Origin: a virus
Virus record (IMG/VR): IMGVR_UViG_3300045988_172778
Location: 64,001-128,000 of that record
Strand: one strand, 5' to 3'
DNA length: 64,000 nt
Position 1 is the stretch's first letter. Each line of letters begins with the position of its first letter. The notes beneath the pieces are model-generated. The model was not told the DNA's origin and ran no database searches. It worked only from the letters and a program-made list of their open reading frames with translations. This document shows positions 40,936-50,612 of the stretch, in pieces. Both the position numbers and the translations under genes were made by a program.

Positions 40936-41312
40936 AAGAGATAAAATATTATGTTTCGGACGACGAAAGCAAAAAGTCATCAGATCCAGAAGAAATAAAG
41001 GAGTATGAGGCGAAAATAGGCACCGCTGAAAGATGTTGGGTTTGCGGGTTCAGAGACGAATATAATCGCATGGCGGATATTTTCAAAGTCGACAACTCAG
41101 ACGACACGCGTTATTTATGCGATTATTACCATATTGCATGGGGTTACGTGCCCGATGATTACAAAGGATATGTCGTTGAACATCATCTTGATGACGAGTG
41201 GGATAAAAAGAGAATGGTTACTCTCGAACAATATTTGGAAGAGTTGAATGAACAGGTAGACAAAAGACAAACTCTTATTTCTAAAATAAACGAAATATGT
41301 AATGAAAGATGA
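40932..41312 (+). CDS. hypothetical protein, MKEIK-YVSDD paralog B
   Basis: ATGA overlap with the upstream stop; GGAGGAG upstream. Confidence 0.65.
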   Translation: MKEIKYYVSDDESKKSSDPEEIKEYEAKIGTAERCWVCGFRDEYNRMADIFKVDNSDDTRYLCDYYHIAWGYVPDDYKGYVVEHHLDDEWDKKRMVTLEQYLEELNEQVDKRQTLISKINEICNER

Positions 41313-41333
41313 GTTTTATAAGGAGCGAAGAAA

Positions 41334-41819
41334 ATGAGACCACTGATAATGGAAATGATCTATAAATACGACTTTTTAAACAATTTTTACGATTGTAAAG
41401 TCACTTACGACGGAATAACTTATCGTAACAGCGAGGCGGCTTTTCAGGCTCAAAAGACCAAAACGAAGCACGAAAGATTACGTTTCGCGAATTTACCGCC
41501 TCAAAAGGCGAAGTCGATGGGGCGCGGAGTTGAACTTCGTGAAGATTGGGAAGAAGTCAAAGATCAGATTATGTACGAAGTTGTGAAAGCAAAATTCCAA
41601 CAAAACCCCGATTTGAAACAAAGACTTTTAGACACAGGCGACGCCGAAATCGTCGAAGGCAATCATCATAATGATTGGTATTGGGGTGTCGATATGGGAA
41701 CGATGGAAGGGTATAATAAACTTGGAGGAATTTGTGAAAAAGTCCGTGAAGAACTCGGCGGGTGGAAACGAGATTATACCGACAAGGATGTTGGATTAGA
41801 GCTAAAATTTGTCGAATAA
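41334..41819 (+). CDS. NADAR (YbiA/DUF1768) family protein
   Basis: FLNNFY..YRNSEAAFQAQK..WEEVK..MYEVVKAKF.QNPDLKQRLLDTGDAEIVEGN..D.YWG. Confidence 0.7.
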   Translation: MRPLIMEMIYKYDFLNNFYDCKVTYDGITYRNSEAAFQAQKTKTKHERLRFANLPPQKAKSMGRGVELREDWEEVKDQIMYEVVKAKFQQNPDLKQRLLDTGDAEIVEGNHHNDWYWGVDMGTMEGYNKLGGICEKVREELGGWKRDYTDKDVGLELKFVE

Positions 41820-41830
41820 GGAGATAAAAA

Positions 41831-42247
41831 ATGGCAATAAAAATAATTAAACAAGGCGCAAAAGAATTTCACATAACTTGCCCACATTGCGGTTGTGAGT
41901 TTGCCTACGAAAACGAAGACGTATACAACTCCGAAGTGATTTGTCCGTGTTGCTCAAAGGCTCTGCCGCACAAAGGTGTGAGGGGTGGAAATGGAGATTT
42001 AGACACCGAAACTATTCCGCAATTACAGCGCATCTATTACGGCCCCAAAACAGGCACGGAATATAACGATTTGGTTTATCGCCCCTTCACGCTTCCCGAA
42101 TGGGCAACGAAATCGGATAATTTGAGCGGTTGCGAAGGTTGCCCGAACAATCCGAAATATCTCAAAACGCCTTATGTCGGAGATACTCCTTGTCAGTGGT
42201 GTCAGAAAAATCCGTGGAAGGTAACTTGCACGTCGAATGTGAAATAG
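41831..42247 (+). CDS. zinc-ribbon protein
   Basis: CPHCGC .. CPCC; AAGGAG SD. Confidence 0.6.
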   Translation: MAIKIIKQGAKEFHITCPHCGCEFAYENEDVYNSEVICPCCSKALPHKGVRGGNGDLDTETIPQLQRIYYGPKTGTEYNDLVYRPFTLPEWATKSDNLSGCEGCPNNPKYLKTPYVGDTPCQWCQKNPWKVTCTSNVK

Positions 42248-42259
42248 GGGGGAAAAAAG

Positions 42260-42631
42260 ATGTATAAGAAAATTTGTGAATTTTATTTGCCCTTGAATTT
42301 GTACGATGAAAGAAGCGGAAGAAATGCTATTGATTGTAGCGTATATAGAACAGAAGAAAAAGGCGATTTCGAACTTTTAAAAGAGGAGGTTTGCCCCAAA
42401 GATATCAAACCGTTTTTTTATAAAGATGATTGTTGGATTGATAATTATGGTAATAATATATACATAGTATATCTTGATGAGAATAGGAGTGGAAGATTTC
42501 CGTGTTACGTGATAGAGTCGCTGACGTATTTCAAAATAAAGCTCGAAAAGAGATTCAAGGATGTGAGAGATATAGTAGAGGCGTGGGAGCACGCTCTTAA
42601 AACGATAGCCTACTCGAAGGTTAAGGAATAA
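42260..42631 (+). CDS. hypothetical protein
   Basis: GGGGGGA SD; 123 aa. Confidence 0.6.
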   Translation: MYKKICEFYLPLNLYDERSGRNAIDCSVYRTEEKGDFELLKEEVCPKDIKPFFYKDDCWIDNYGNNIYIVYLDENRSGRFPCYVIESLTYFKIKLEKRFKDVRDIVEAWEHALKTIAYSKVKE

Positions 42632-42656
42632 AACACGTTTTTTATTTGGTGAGAAA

Positions 42657-43064
42657 ATGAAAAAAGAATACGAAATATACCCTAAAACCGAACTAACCAA
42701 GGAAATTCTCAATACGATTAAAGTTGGAGATTACATAAAAGTGAATTCTTGGAAGCGTCCGTTTACCGTAAGGGCAGTGAGCGAGAATTATTTCATTATG
42801 ACAGTACCATTTTTCGATTCTTATCGTTACAGCATTTGCGAGAAGAATAAACGCGGAGGACGGTATAACGTTTGTTATCGTCCAAACTGCGGGTATTACG
42901 AAGATGAATTTGTTTGCGGTCCCGACGACCATTATTGTCTCCACGATTACGAAGACCCGAAGGAATGCGAGATCGCGCTCAAAGAACTTGAGGCGGGAGA
43001 ATTAAAGGTTTCAACGAGGCACGGATTGGGAATTTGGCAGATAGCCATTAAAAGGAGAAAATAG
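42657..43064 (+). CDS. hypothetical protein
   Basis: 135-aa ORF in the operon. Confidence 0.6.
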   Translation: MKKEYEIYPKTELTKEILNTIKVGDYIKVNSWKRPFTVRAVSENYFIMTVPFFDSYRYSICEKNKRGGRYNVCYRPNCGYYEDEFVCGPDDHYCLHDYEDPKECEIALKELEAGELKVSTRHGLGIWQIAIKRRK

Positions 43065-43066
43065 TA

Positions 43067-43480
43067 ATGGGTGATTATGTAAGAAAAAAACAGGTATTAT
43101 ATCCACTAACAAAAGAATTATTAAAGAAACTTCACTGCGAGGATATTTATTATCTCGAATATAGTTTTCCATTTGGAAGTAAATTTACTACAGAGGAATT
43201 TATAGATTATAGTGGTACAAAAAACTATAATCAATACTTAGCCTATGAACTTGATATTGATTACGGAGTCGAAAGCGGTGAATTCGGCAGATCAAGATTT
43301 CTTAAACCTTCTGAACAAGAAAAATATAAGAAATTATTTAGCGAAGTAATTCCAGAAGACCTTATAGACCCAACATTATTTAAGTATGTGGATTATTGTT
43401 GGTATAATTATTGTGAGGCAGATGACTATTACGTAAAGAAAGATTATTTTGAAAAAGATTATTTTGAAGAGGAAATCTAA
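43067..43480 (+). CDS. hypothetical protein
   Basis: AAGGAG SD; 137 aa. Confidence 0.6.
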   Translation: MGDYVRKKQVLYPLTKELLKKLHCEDIYYLEYSFPFGSKFTTEEFIDYSGTKNYNQYLAYELDIDYGVESGEFGRSRFLKPSEQEKYKKLFSEVIPEDLIDPTLFKYVDYCWYNYCEADDYYVKKDYFEKDYFEEEI

Positions 43481-43508
43481 CAGAACACATTTTTTATTGG
43501 AGGTTAAA

Positions 43509-44012
43509 ATGAATATGCAAACAATTGATTATAAAAAAGTAAAATGCCCAAAATGCGGGAAGTCGTATTTCCGCGTAAAAGACAACTCGAGTTTCACAAC
43601 CTTGGCTTTTATCATCAAGCCCGAGCCGATTTATAAAGACGGCGAGTTGCAAGACCCGACCGAAGCTGAACCGATAAAAGTGCGTTGCGGATGTTTGGAA
43701 TGCGGATGCAACTTCCGAGTTGAAACACACGACGTTCACGGAGATTATCGGTTTATCGACGAGGACGAGGAACGGAAAGAAAACGAGAGAAGACTCGCGG
43801 AAACTTTTAAGGTGCTGAAAAAGGAAACCGAGGAGTTTGAAACCAAAATCAAGCCTGTCGTTGATTCGCCGTTGCAATTAAGCAAAACCATTGAAATTGA
43901 CAAAACACCCCTTACTATAAAGACTTATCAGGAAGTGGTAAAAGAAGAGCTTGACGAAATAAAAGAAAGACTCTCGAAGTTAGAAAATAAAGTTTTGGGA
44001 GAAAATCAATGA
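43509..44012 (+). CDS. zinc-ribbon protein with coiled-coil tail
   Basis: GGAGG SD before ATG 43509; CPKCG .. CLECGC. Confidence 0.6.
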   Translation: MNMQTIDYKKVKCPKCGKSYFRVKDNSSFTTLAFIIKPEPIYKDGELQDPTEAEPIKVRCGCLECGCNFRVETHDVHGDYRFIDEDEERKENERRLAETFKVLKKETEEFETKIKPVVDSPLQLSKTIEIDKTPLTIKTYQEVVKEELDEIKERLSKLENKVLGENQ

Positions 44013-44509
44013 GATACTTTGTTATAGGGGACACCCATTTTGGGCATTCTAATATTATTAAATATTGTAATCGTCCATTTAGAGATATAGAAGAAATGGA
44101 TAAGACTTTAATCAAAAATTGGAATGAAACCGTGTCTAATCACGATACAGTTATTCATCTTGGTGATTTTGCTCTTTGCACAAGAGAAAGAGCGAGGGAG
44201 ATTTGCTCACAATTAAATGGAAAGAAAGTCTTAATAAGAGGCAATCATGATAATTGGACCGACGATTTTTATAGAGATATTGGTTTTAATTATGTGAGTA
44301 AATTTCCTATTATTTATGGAGGAAGTCCTGATAATAATGGGTTTTATATGATGTCTCATGTCCCTCTGATGTTAAGTGAAACCACTCCATATTACAATTT
44401 TTATGGTCACGTTCACAACGATTCTAAATTCGTCGACACCCCAACCAGTAAATGTGTATGTGTAGAGAGAATAGGGTATAGACCTTATTTATTTTTGGAG
44501 AAGAATTAA
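44009..44509 (+). CDS. metallophosphoesterase (calcineurin-like)
   Basis: GDTHFGH .. GDF .. GNHD .. GHVH motifs. Confidence 0.75.
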   Translation: MRYFVIGDTHFGHSNIIKYCNRPFRDIEEMDKTLIKNWNETVSNHDTVIHLGDFALCTRERAREICSQLNGKKVLIRGNHDNWTDDFYRDIGFNYVSKFPIIYGGSPDNNGFYMMSHVPLMLSETTPYYNFYGHVHNDSKFVDTPTSKCVCVERIGYRPYLFLEKN

Positions 44510-44716
44510 GCTGATATTTAGCGCTTTTAAATAAAATTTGAATTTTATCGAGGTGATTAAATAGGAAATTTAGTTATTAAAGAAACGAAAGTATATTTAT
44601 ACGATAAGAAATTCGGAGCAAAACGGCTAATACTAAAAGGATATAGTAGCGGGTATTTAGAGAGCAGGCCAAAAAGTTATTTGGAAAATTCTAACGGGAG
44701 ATATATAACTTTCGGG

Positions 44717-44750
44717 AAAACCCCGTTCAAACGCTTGACAACGGGGTTTT
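44717..44750 (+). terminator. hairpin with the next -35 box in its loop
   Basis: 11-bp stem aaaaccccgtt/aacggggtttt. Confidence 0.55.
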
Positions 44751-44763
44751 ATTGTGCTATAAT
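44735..44763 (+). promoter_or_regulatory. promoter cassette 7
   Basis: TTGACA, 17 nt, TGcTATAAT; leader CCACAATCGGAGGTA. Confidence 0.7.
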
Positions 44764-44785
44764 AAAACCACAATCGGAGGTAGTT

Positions 44786-45052
44786 ATGAACTGGAAAGAA
44801 GAATTCATCAAATTATTAGAAGCAGAAACTTTTAAAACCGACTCGGAAATCGACGATTACGCCGACGAACATAATTTGTCCGCAGCTGACGTTTGGCACT
44901 GCTATGCGGAGTATAGAGACGATTGTTTGATTAAACAATCGATTGGGACGCCGTGTGAGGGCTGTAGATACGTTACTCGAATAGGAGGTTTTGTATCGCC
45001 TTGTTATGAGTGTTGTCGAAATAGACCTGATTTTTATGAGGAGAGAAAATGA
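44786..45052 (+). CDS. hypothetical Cys-containing protein
   Basis: GGAGG SD before ATG 44786. Confidence 0.65.
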   Translation: MNWKEEFIKLLEAETFKTDSEIDDYADEHNLSAADVWHCYAEYRDDCLIKQSIGTPCEGCRYVTRIGGFVSPCYECCRNRPDFYEERK

Positions 45053-45300
45053 TTACATTTAAAGAATTGCAAACACTTGCCGATATATTCTCAAAACCCG
45101 TGCCTGATAACCCGATATTAAGCGACATAGAAGAGACGCTCGAATGTGCCATAATAGAAGGCAGAACACGTTTTAGCTATGTGTCGCTTAAATACGATAA
45201 AGAAGTAGCCGACGAAGCGATTCGGGAATTGGAAAAGTACGGGTATGATTGTTCTCATTATTCTTATAATGACGGCAATTTAGAGATAGAGTTTGAGTGA
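45049..45300 (+). CDS. hypothetical protein
   Basis: ATGA overlap with the upstream stop; GAGGAG SD. Confidence 0.6.
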   Translation: MITFKELQTLADIFSKPVPDNPILSDIEETLECAIIEGRTRFSYVSLKYDKEVADEAIRELEKYGYDCSHYSYNDGNLEIEFE

Positions 45301-45333
45301 TAAATAAAAGGCACGTTTTATTAGGAGGTAGTT

Positions 45334-45531
45334 ATGCGTAGAAAACACAACGGGAAGATTTACTTCCCACATTATGAAGAAACTTGGCTCGCGAATACTC
45401 TGACCGCGATGGTTAAAAGTATGCAAGAAACTGGGCATTTATATTATGTTGAATGGAACGGGGAATTCTATTACAGCGACGAAGTAAAAATAGATGGGAA
45501 TTCGGTTATGTGTGAGGGGAAAAATGACTGA
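45334..45531 (+). CDS. hypothetical protein
   Basis: AGGAGG SD. Confidence 0.6.
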   Translation: MRRKHNGKIYFPHYEETWLANTLTAMVKSMQETGHLYYVEWNGEFYYSDEVKIDGNSVMCEGKND

Positions 45532-45739
45532 ACGAGAAGTGGATATATTTGAAGAAATACTATTTGACAAAGTAAATAAAGCGGAATTCGCACGCACGAT
45601 TGAGCAAGAAACCGCTGAAGACATTATTGCGGATTTGAAGAATTATATCGCTGAATACGGGCATATTACAAAAAGTATGCTTGATGAGTTGATAGAAAGA
45701 TATGTATCGAGATACGGCGTGGAGGTTGAAGATGACTGA
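45524..45739 (+). CDS. hypothetical protein
   Basis: ATG 45524 follows GAGGGGA. Confidence 0.6.
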   Translation: MTEREVDIFEEILFDKVNKAEFARTIEQETAEDIIADLKNYIAEYGHITKSMLDELIERYVSRYGVEVEDD

Positions 45740-46397
45740 TTTATATTTAGAAAGCATTGGGTTTGTAAACCCAACAATAGTTGAACGCGATAACAACGGG
45801 AAAATCGAACGGCTTGAATCAGTCGGTCTCGATATAGTAAGTTTAGTCGCTTTTTGGAGGAAGTGTTTTGATTTGGACGGACTTCTTTTCGAAAAAATCA
45901 CTCTCCATTGCAAATCGAAAGATTTTAATGCGATAGGAAGGCGCCCGATACCACAGTGTCTTAGCGTAAGAGAATTGCTCGCGGAACAAGGCGTTGAATT
46001 TGTGATAGACGACGAGTGGTTTAAAGGCAAAGAAGAGAATGATTACAAACAGAAGCTTATCGCGACAGAAGAACGTTATGATACGTTGACTAAAACATCG
46101 GTTGAGGCACTCGAAAAGAAAAACGAAAGGATAAAAAAACTACAGGCTGAAAACGAAAAGCTCAAAGCCACGCTCGCAATGGCAGAGGAACATTTTCATG
46201 AGCCATTGCCGTTTGTTAATGAGTTTGATATCGCAATCAGAGAAGCCGAAAAACAAGGCGGCAAAAAAATGAGGGATGCGATTATCAATGTGATGAGTAA
46301 CCGCAATTATATGGGCGTGAGTTATAAATGGACTTCATTTAGCGATAATGATATAAATAACATTTTCAACGAAGTGTTTAACAATGATAAAGAATAA
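45732..46397 (+). CDS. hypothetical protein with coiled-coil segment
   Basis: GGAGG SD before ATG 45732. Confidence 0.65.
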   Translation: MTDLYLESIGFVNPTIVERDNNGKIERLESVGLDIVSLVAFWRKCFDLDGLLFEKITLHCKSKDFNAIGRRPIPQCLSVRELLAEQGVEFVIDDEWFKGKEENDYKQKLIATEERYDTLTKTSVEALEKKNERIKKLQAENEKLKATLAMAEEHFHEPLPFVNEFDIAIREAEKQGGKKMRDAIINVMSNRNYMGVSYKWTSFSDNDINNIFNEVFNNDKE

Positions 46398-46410
46398 GAG
46401 GTATATAAAT

Positions 46411-46719
46411 ATGACACTTGACAAAAGATACCCCGTTGCGATAGACGATTTGCTCATCGAATTCGACGAGATGGATTATTGCCCGATGAATTTAAGCGGC
46501 GGCGATCCCGTTAAAGAGGCGATCGATTGGAGAGACAGATTGAGATACGAACTCGATTTGTTACTCGACGAAAAGAGCGCGATAGAACGCAGAGCGGTAG
46601 AAGGGTTTGTGGAAAAGTTAAAAGAGAAAGCACTTTCACATTGCAAAATTATAAATTGTTATGAACTAACATTTATAGAGGAAACTATTAACGAACTATT
46701 AGAGGATTATGAGAAATGA
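46411..46719 (+). CDS. hypothetical protein
   Basis: AAGAGG SD before ATG 46411. Confidence 0.6.
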   Translation: MTLDKRYPVAIDDLLIEFDEMDYCPMNLSGGDPVKEAIDWRDRLRYELDLLLDEKSAIERRAVEGFVEKLKEKALSHCKIINCYELTFIEETINELLEDYEK

Positions 46720-46877
46720 GCAAGAAAAATAAAACTGAAAAATGGAAATATTGGCTTATCGAAGACGGCTCGCTTGACGTCGACGAATTACAACAGTTCA
46801 TCGACGAAAACAACTTAAAGATAAAGATAATTGTTTATCGGCAAGGTGCAACAAAACCTGAATTAAAAAGTTTTTAA
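46716..46877 (+). CDS. small hypothetical protein (53 aa)
   Basis: ATGA overlap coupling; too short to appear in the ORF track. Confidence 0.45.
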   Translation: MSKKNKTEKWKYWLIEDGSLDVDELQQFIDENNLKIKIIVYRQGATKPELKSF

Positions 46878-46888
46878 GAGGTATAAAA

Positions 46889-47197
46889 ATGATAATTGAT
46901 TATATCGGTCAGGAACTGATTTGGAATTTGACCGCGACGCACCCATACAAACAAAATCGCGGCAATTATATCATAGGGATAAATTGCAAAACCCCGAAAC
47001 AGAACAAAGATGCCGTTCATTTTTTGAAGTCTCATCTCGGCAATGCACTCTTGACCGTAGAAACTCGAAAATACATCGATAAAAATACGGGGTTGGAATG
47101 CGTTCTTGTTAACACAATATCCGTTCCCGACGCGTTTGGCGGGTTTGGAGAGGTAATATTTATAAACGAGTTCGCGAGGGAGATTAAAGGAGTTTAA
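46889..47197 (+). CDS. hypothetical protein
   Basis: AAGAGG SD. Confidence 0.6.
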   Translation: MIIDYIGQELIWNLTATHPYKQNRGNYIIGINCKTPKQNKDAVHFLKSHLGNALLTVETRKYIDKNTGLECVLVNTISVPDAFGGFGEVIFINEFAREIKGV

Positions 47198-47200
47198 GAA

Positions 47201-47527
47201 ATGGAAACCATAGAAAGGAAAATATATAACGGTTACGCGTTTACCGAAAACGAAAGAGAGAAGGCAAAAATAAATTACGAAATTTACAAAGAGTTGAATG
47301 GTAAATATAAAATACTTGGTATGTGCGCCCGCCCGTCAGACGAAGAAATAGAAGAGAACGATATCGTATACTCACGGAAAGCCTGTTATGGGCACGCTGA
47401 GTATAAAGTATGGAAATGCCCCAACGAGATAACTATTAACGAGCTGTTGTTAATATTTGATGGCGGTAATTTATGTTTTGGTGGATATCGTCAAAGCGAT
47501 AATTTATATACAGTAACAGAGGATTGA
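47201..47527 (+). CDS. hypothetical protein
   Basis: AAGGAG SD. Confidence 0.6.
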   Translation: METIERKIYNGYAFTENEREKAKINYEIYKELNGKYKILGMCARPSDEEIEENDIVYSRKACYGHAEYKVWKCPNEITINELLLIFDGGNLCFGGYRQSDNLYTVTED

Positions 47528-47530
47528 AAA

Positions 47531-47878
47531 ATGAATAAACGAAAAGTTATGGAAATAAATAAAGAATTAGTAAAATTAGTCGCAGAAAACCCTGAATTGC
47601 CAATAAAGGTTTTTATTGACTGGGAATGCAGCGATGGGGATTGCATGTTTGTCGGAGAAATTTATGACTGCAAAGTTACCGAAATAACAGAATACGATGA
47701 TAATAAATGTTACGAAAGAGACGACTTTGATTGGCTAAAAGACAGAATCTCTAATGATGTTTGTGATGAGCCTGAATATGTATATCTCACTGACGAAGAG
47801 TTCGATAAAGAGATGACAGAGAAAGTGGAACAGCTCGGCTGGAAAAAGGTGATTTTGTTATATGTATCTGTTTGTTAA
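47531..47878 (+). CDS. hypothetical acidic protein
   Basis: GAGGA SD. Confidence 0.6.
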   Translation: MNKRKVMEINKELVKLVAENPELPIKVFIDWECSDGDCMFVGEIYDCKVTEITEYDDNKCYERDDFDWLKDRISNDVCDEPEYVYLTDEEFDKEMTEKVEQLGWKKVILLYVSVC

Positions 47879-47916
47879 AATATATATTTTATTTATAAAT
47901 AAATTGTGAGGGATTT

Positions 47917-48396
47917 ATGAAAGCATATAGACATGTTTATCTTGATTTCCCCGATTTCGTACAGGAAAGTTATTATAAAGTTACGAGCAAAGTAACTCTT
48001 CAAAATGGCGTTGAAGACGAAATTGAAACCATGATTGTTTGTGATGATCCATACGATGCAATGAAAATGGTTAAAGAGTTTCTTTTATCGAAAAGGTCTC
48101 GGCTCGTAACAGAAGTCCACGCGCAGTGGTTTGAATATGGTTCGTTGTTAGTTACAAAACCCGAAATTCCGCAGTCGAAATATATGGTCGTTTGCGATAA
48201 TGTGAAGCGCATATTTTACGCGGACAACAGTTACAAAGAAGTCGAGCATTATTCGGTAATTCACACCGTTTCTAACGACTTAGCAGTTTATTACGGAACA
48301 TTCGATACGAAAGAGGAGGCAGACGAACATTGTGAGGAGTTGAACGAAGAATGGGAAGAATATTTTGGGAGAAGAAATGAAAACACCTTATTTTAA
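47917..48396 (+). CDS. hypothetical protein
   Basis: GAGGGA SD. Confidence 0.6.
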   Translation: MKAYRHVYLDFPDFVQESYYKVTSKVTLQNGVEDEIETMIVCDDPYDAMKMVKEFLLSKRSRLVTEVHAQWFEYGSLLVTKPEIPQSKYMVVCDNVKRIFYADNSYKEVEHYSVIHTVSNDLAVYYGTFDTKEEADEHCEELNEEWEEYFGRRNENTLF

Positions 48397-48757
48397 AAAA
48401 GTCTCTGATAGCGCAGGAAACGAGTGGGTTGATTCACAGGATATTTTTCAATACACTGACGAGCTTGATCCATTTTTCAATAAGTGGTATCAGTTCATCG
48501 TTAAGAAATGCGAACAACTGAATTATTATAACAACCACACGTCGACCGCTTATGGCAACCCCGACCTTTCGTGGTTAATCGGCTTTTGTTCGGGGTGGAT
48601 AACAGCAAGAAATTGTTATGAAGATTCCAAAGATAACGTTTGTTATATCAAAGATTCACGCGATAAAACGATTATGAAATTCGACGTTCCAAAAATTTCT
48701 GAAACAGAGCGAGAAGCCCGAAAGAAAATCGATGAACTTTGGGAGAATATATTATGA
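48377..48757 (+). CDS. hypothetical protein
   Basis: ATG 48377 follows GGGAGAAG. Confidence 0.6.
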   Translation: MKTPYFKKVSDSAGNEWVDSQDIFQYTDELDPFFNKWYQFIVKKCEQLNYYNNHTSTAYGNPDLSWLIGFCSGWITARNCYEDSKDNVCYIKDSRDKTIMKFDVPKISETEREARKKIDELWENIL

Positions 48758-48990
48758 ATGAAAAAGCAAAACAAATATTAGGCGAGCTCGAAACACTGGG
48801 TGAGCAGAGTGATTTCTGGTACGAAGATTTCTGGATTACAAGAAGTCCAATTGGCGGTTTTACTGTTGTTAAACGCGGACGTCTTTCCTCTTCTATTTCT
48901 TGTGAGCATTTTTCAAACGCTCAAAGAGTGGTAGATTTTTTGAGTAAATACGATAAGAGCTTGAAAACATTATACGAGGTAAAACTATGA
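48754..48990 (+). CDS. hypothetical protein
   Basis: ATGA overlap with the upstream stop. Confidence 0.6.
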   Translation: MNEKAKQILGELETLGEQSDFWYEDFWITRSPIGGFTVVKRGRLSSSISCEHFSNAQRVVDFLSKYDKSLKTLYEVKL

Positions 48991-49298
48991 CAGATTTAGA
49001 ACATGATTTACAACTGAGCCTTGAATAGTGGACGCCAATTCCATATCACGAGGATGACGCAGAAGTTGATTGCGAAGAAACAGCAAATAATTTGACTAAA
49101 CTCGGTTATCAAAAAATAATTTGGCACGATGTAAAGAAAGAATTACCTGAACTTAATAAATATGTACTGGGTTATTACTATAATAGTCAAAATTATGTAG
49201 TAGCTTCTTGGAATGGTGCTAATTGGTCTGATGGACATTGGATATATTATAATATAGATTATTGGGCTGAGTTACCAGAAATTAAGTTGGAGAAGTAA
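48987..49298 (+). pseudogene. DUF551-like gene with an in-frame TAG at codon 14 (49026-49028)
   Basis: ATG 48987 has a GAGGT SD and an ATGA overlap. TTG 49092 (the ORF-track start) has no SD. The paralog at 49301 has an equivalent N-terminal extension. Confidence 0.5.
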
Positions 49299-49300
49299 AT

Positions 49301-49642
49301 ATGGATGATATAGAATTAGCAAGAGATTTATTTGAAACAACGCCTGGACCATGCAATTTAGGTAATTGTTTTGAATGTAGGTACTTTAATAAAGATAATA
49401 TTTGTATAGAGTTAAAACAAGCTGAAAGTTTGGTTGCTAGAGGTTATCAAAAAATCAAGTGGCATAAAATTACTGATGAGAAAATTCCGTTAGAAGATGG
49501 CAAAGATGTACTTGTCATCGACGATTATGGGAATTATTGGGTTGCTAAATACGTCAAAACAACTAACTGGTTTGCAATATACGAAATGGATTGGCCTTAC
49601 AAATTTATTGCATGGACAGAATTGCCAAAATTCAGTAGATAA
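49301..49642 (+). CDS. DUF551-like protein
   Basis: GYQKIKWHKITDEKIPL .. IAWTELPKF. Confidence 0.5.
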   Translation: MDDIELARDLFETTPGPCNLGNCFECRYFNKDNICIELKQAESLVARGYQKIKWHKITDEKIPLEDGKDVLVIDDYGNYWVAKYVKTTNWFAIYEMDWPYKFIAWTELPKFSR

Positions 49643-49667
49643 AACAGTAATTTCATGAGGTGAAAAT

Positions 49668-50066
49668 ATGAAAAATAATATACCCGAAATCGGCAAAACA
49701 TACGCCTTTTTCGATGACGGCAAAACAGGGCTCACTCGTTGTTATAAAGCGATAGTTTTAGACATAATCCCGTCCAACGTTGTCGAGGAACTTTATCCAA
49801 AACTTTTCGCGGGTTGGAAAGAGAATCTTGAAAAAGCCAATTTCCTTTACGCGCCGATAACTGACTTTTTTATAAAATGCTCGATTCCGAATTACGCTTA
49901 CAATAACGTATATTTCGTTAGAGACATAAAAGACGGTTGGTTCTCGATTGATTACCCGCACGGTTGGATGAGCGGCTTGCTCGATGTTGATGGGGAATAT
50001 GGAAGAAAGAACGATGTCCCGCCCGTAGATGAATGGGTGGCTGGAAAAGATTATTTGGGAGATTAA
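49668..50066 (+). CDS. hypothetical protein
   Basis: GAGGTG SD. Confidence 0.6.
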   Translation: MKNNIPEIGKTYAFFDDGKTGLTRCYKAIVLDIIPSNVVEELYPKLFAGWKENLEKANFLYAPITDFFIKCSIPNYAYNNVYFVRDIKDGWFSIDYPHGWMSGLLDVDGEYGRKNDVPPVDEWVAGKDYLGD

Positions 50067-50069
50067 GTT

Positions 50070-50612
50070 ATGAATGTTTATTTTAGTTCAACGCATTTAC
50101 AAACTTTGTGTGATTTAAAAGCGCTCGCAGAAAAGCATGGGTGTTTTATTCGTTTCGGGGTAAATCAAGAGAATTCGGTGAATGTAGATTTTGATAAATT
50201 TGATAAAGCGACAGAAAAGATCATTCACGAATTATTAAATAAAGGAATATTTTCGCAGTCTGTGTATAATATGACATCGATGTATTTTGAGCTCTTCGAT
50301 AATAATAACAAGACCTATCACACACTTACTTACAACGAGGGAAGCCAATCCACTTCTTATGAATTAGGTTGGGCTGACGAATTATCAGACGAAGCAATCT
50401 CTTTTTTGGAATATAATTTAGTCGAATGGCAAACAATAGACGATATAGATGATACAAAGCTCACGATTTATTGTCGTTTAGATGAAACAAAAATTACAGG
50501 TTTCCCCAATCAAAAGCATCCAAGCGTTTATCGCGAAGGAATGGCGCTAAAATTTTTCGGCGATTTGGTTTGCGATTATCTCGGCGAAGAAAGAATTGTG
50601 AGGACTTATTAA
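50070..50612 (+). CDS. hypothetical protein
   Basis: GGGAG SD; 180 aa. Confidence 0.6.
   Translation: MNVYFSSTHLQTLCDLKALAEKHGCFIRFGVNQENSVNVDFDKFDKATEKIIHELLNKGIFSQSVYNMTSMYFELFDNNNKTYHTLTYNEGSQSTSYELGWADELSDEAISFLEYNLVEWQTIDDIDDTKLTIYCRLDETKITGFPNQKHPSVYREGMALKFFGDLVCDYLGEERIVRTY

Noticed and set aside
46889-47878. Three consecutive ORFs in the same frame, each separated by a stop, one codon and an ATG; considered as a possible read-through polyprotein
   Set aside because: Each ORF has its own SD (AAGAGG, AAGGAG, GAGGA) at correct spacing, and sharing a frame is expected by chance.
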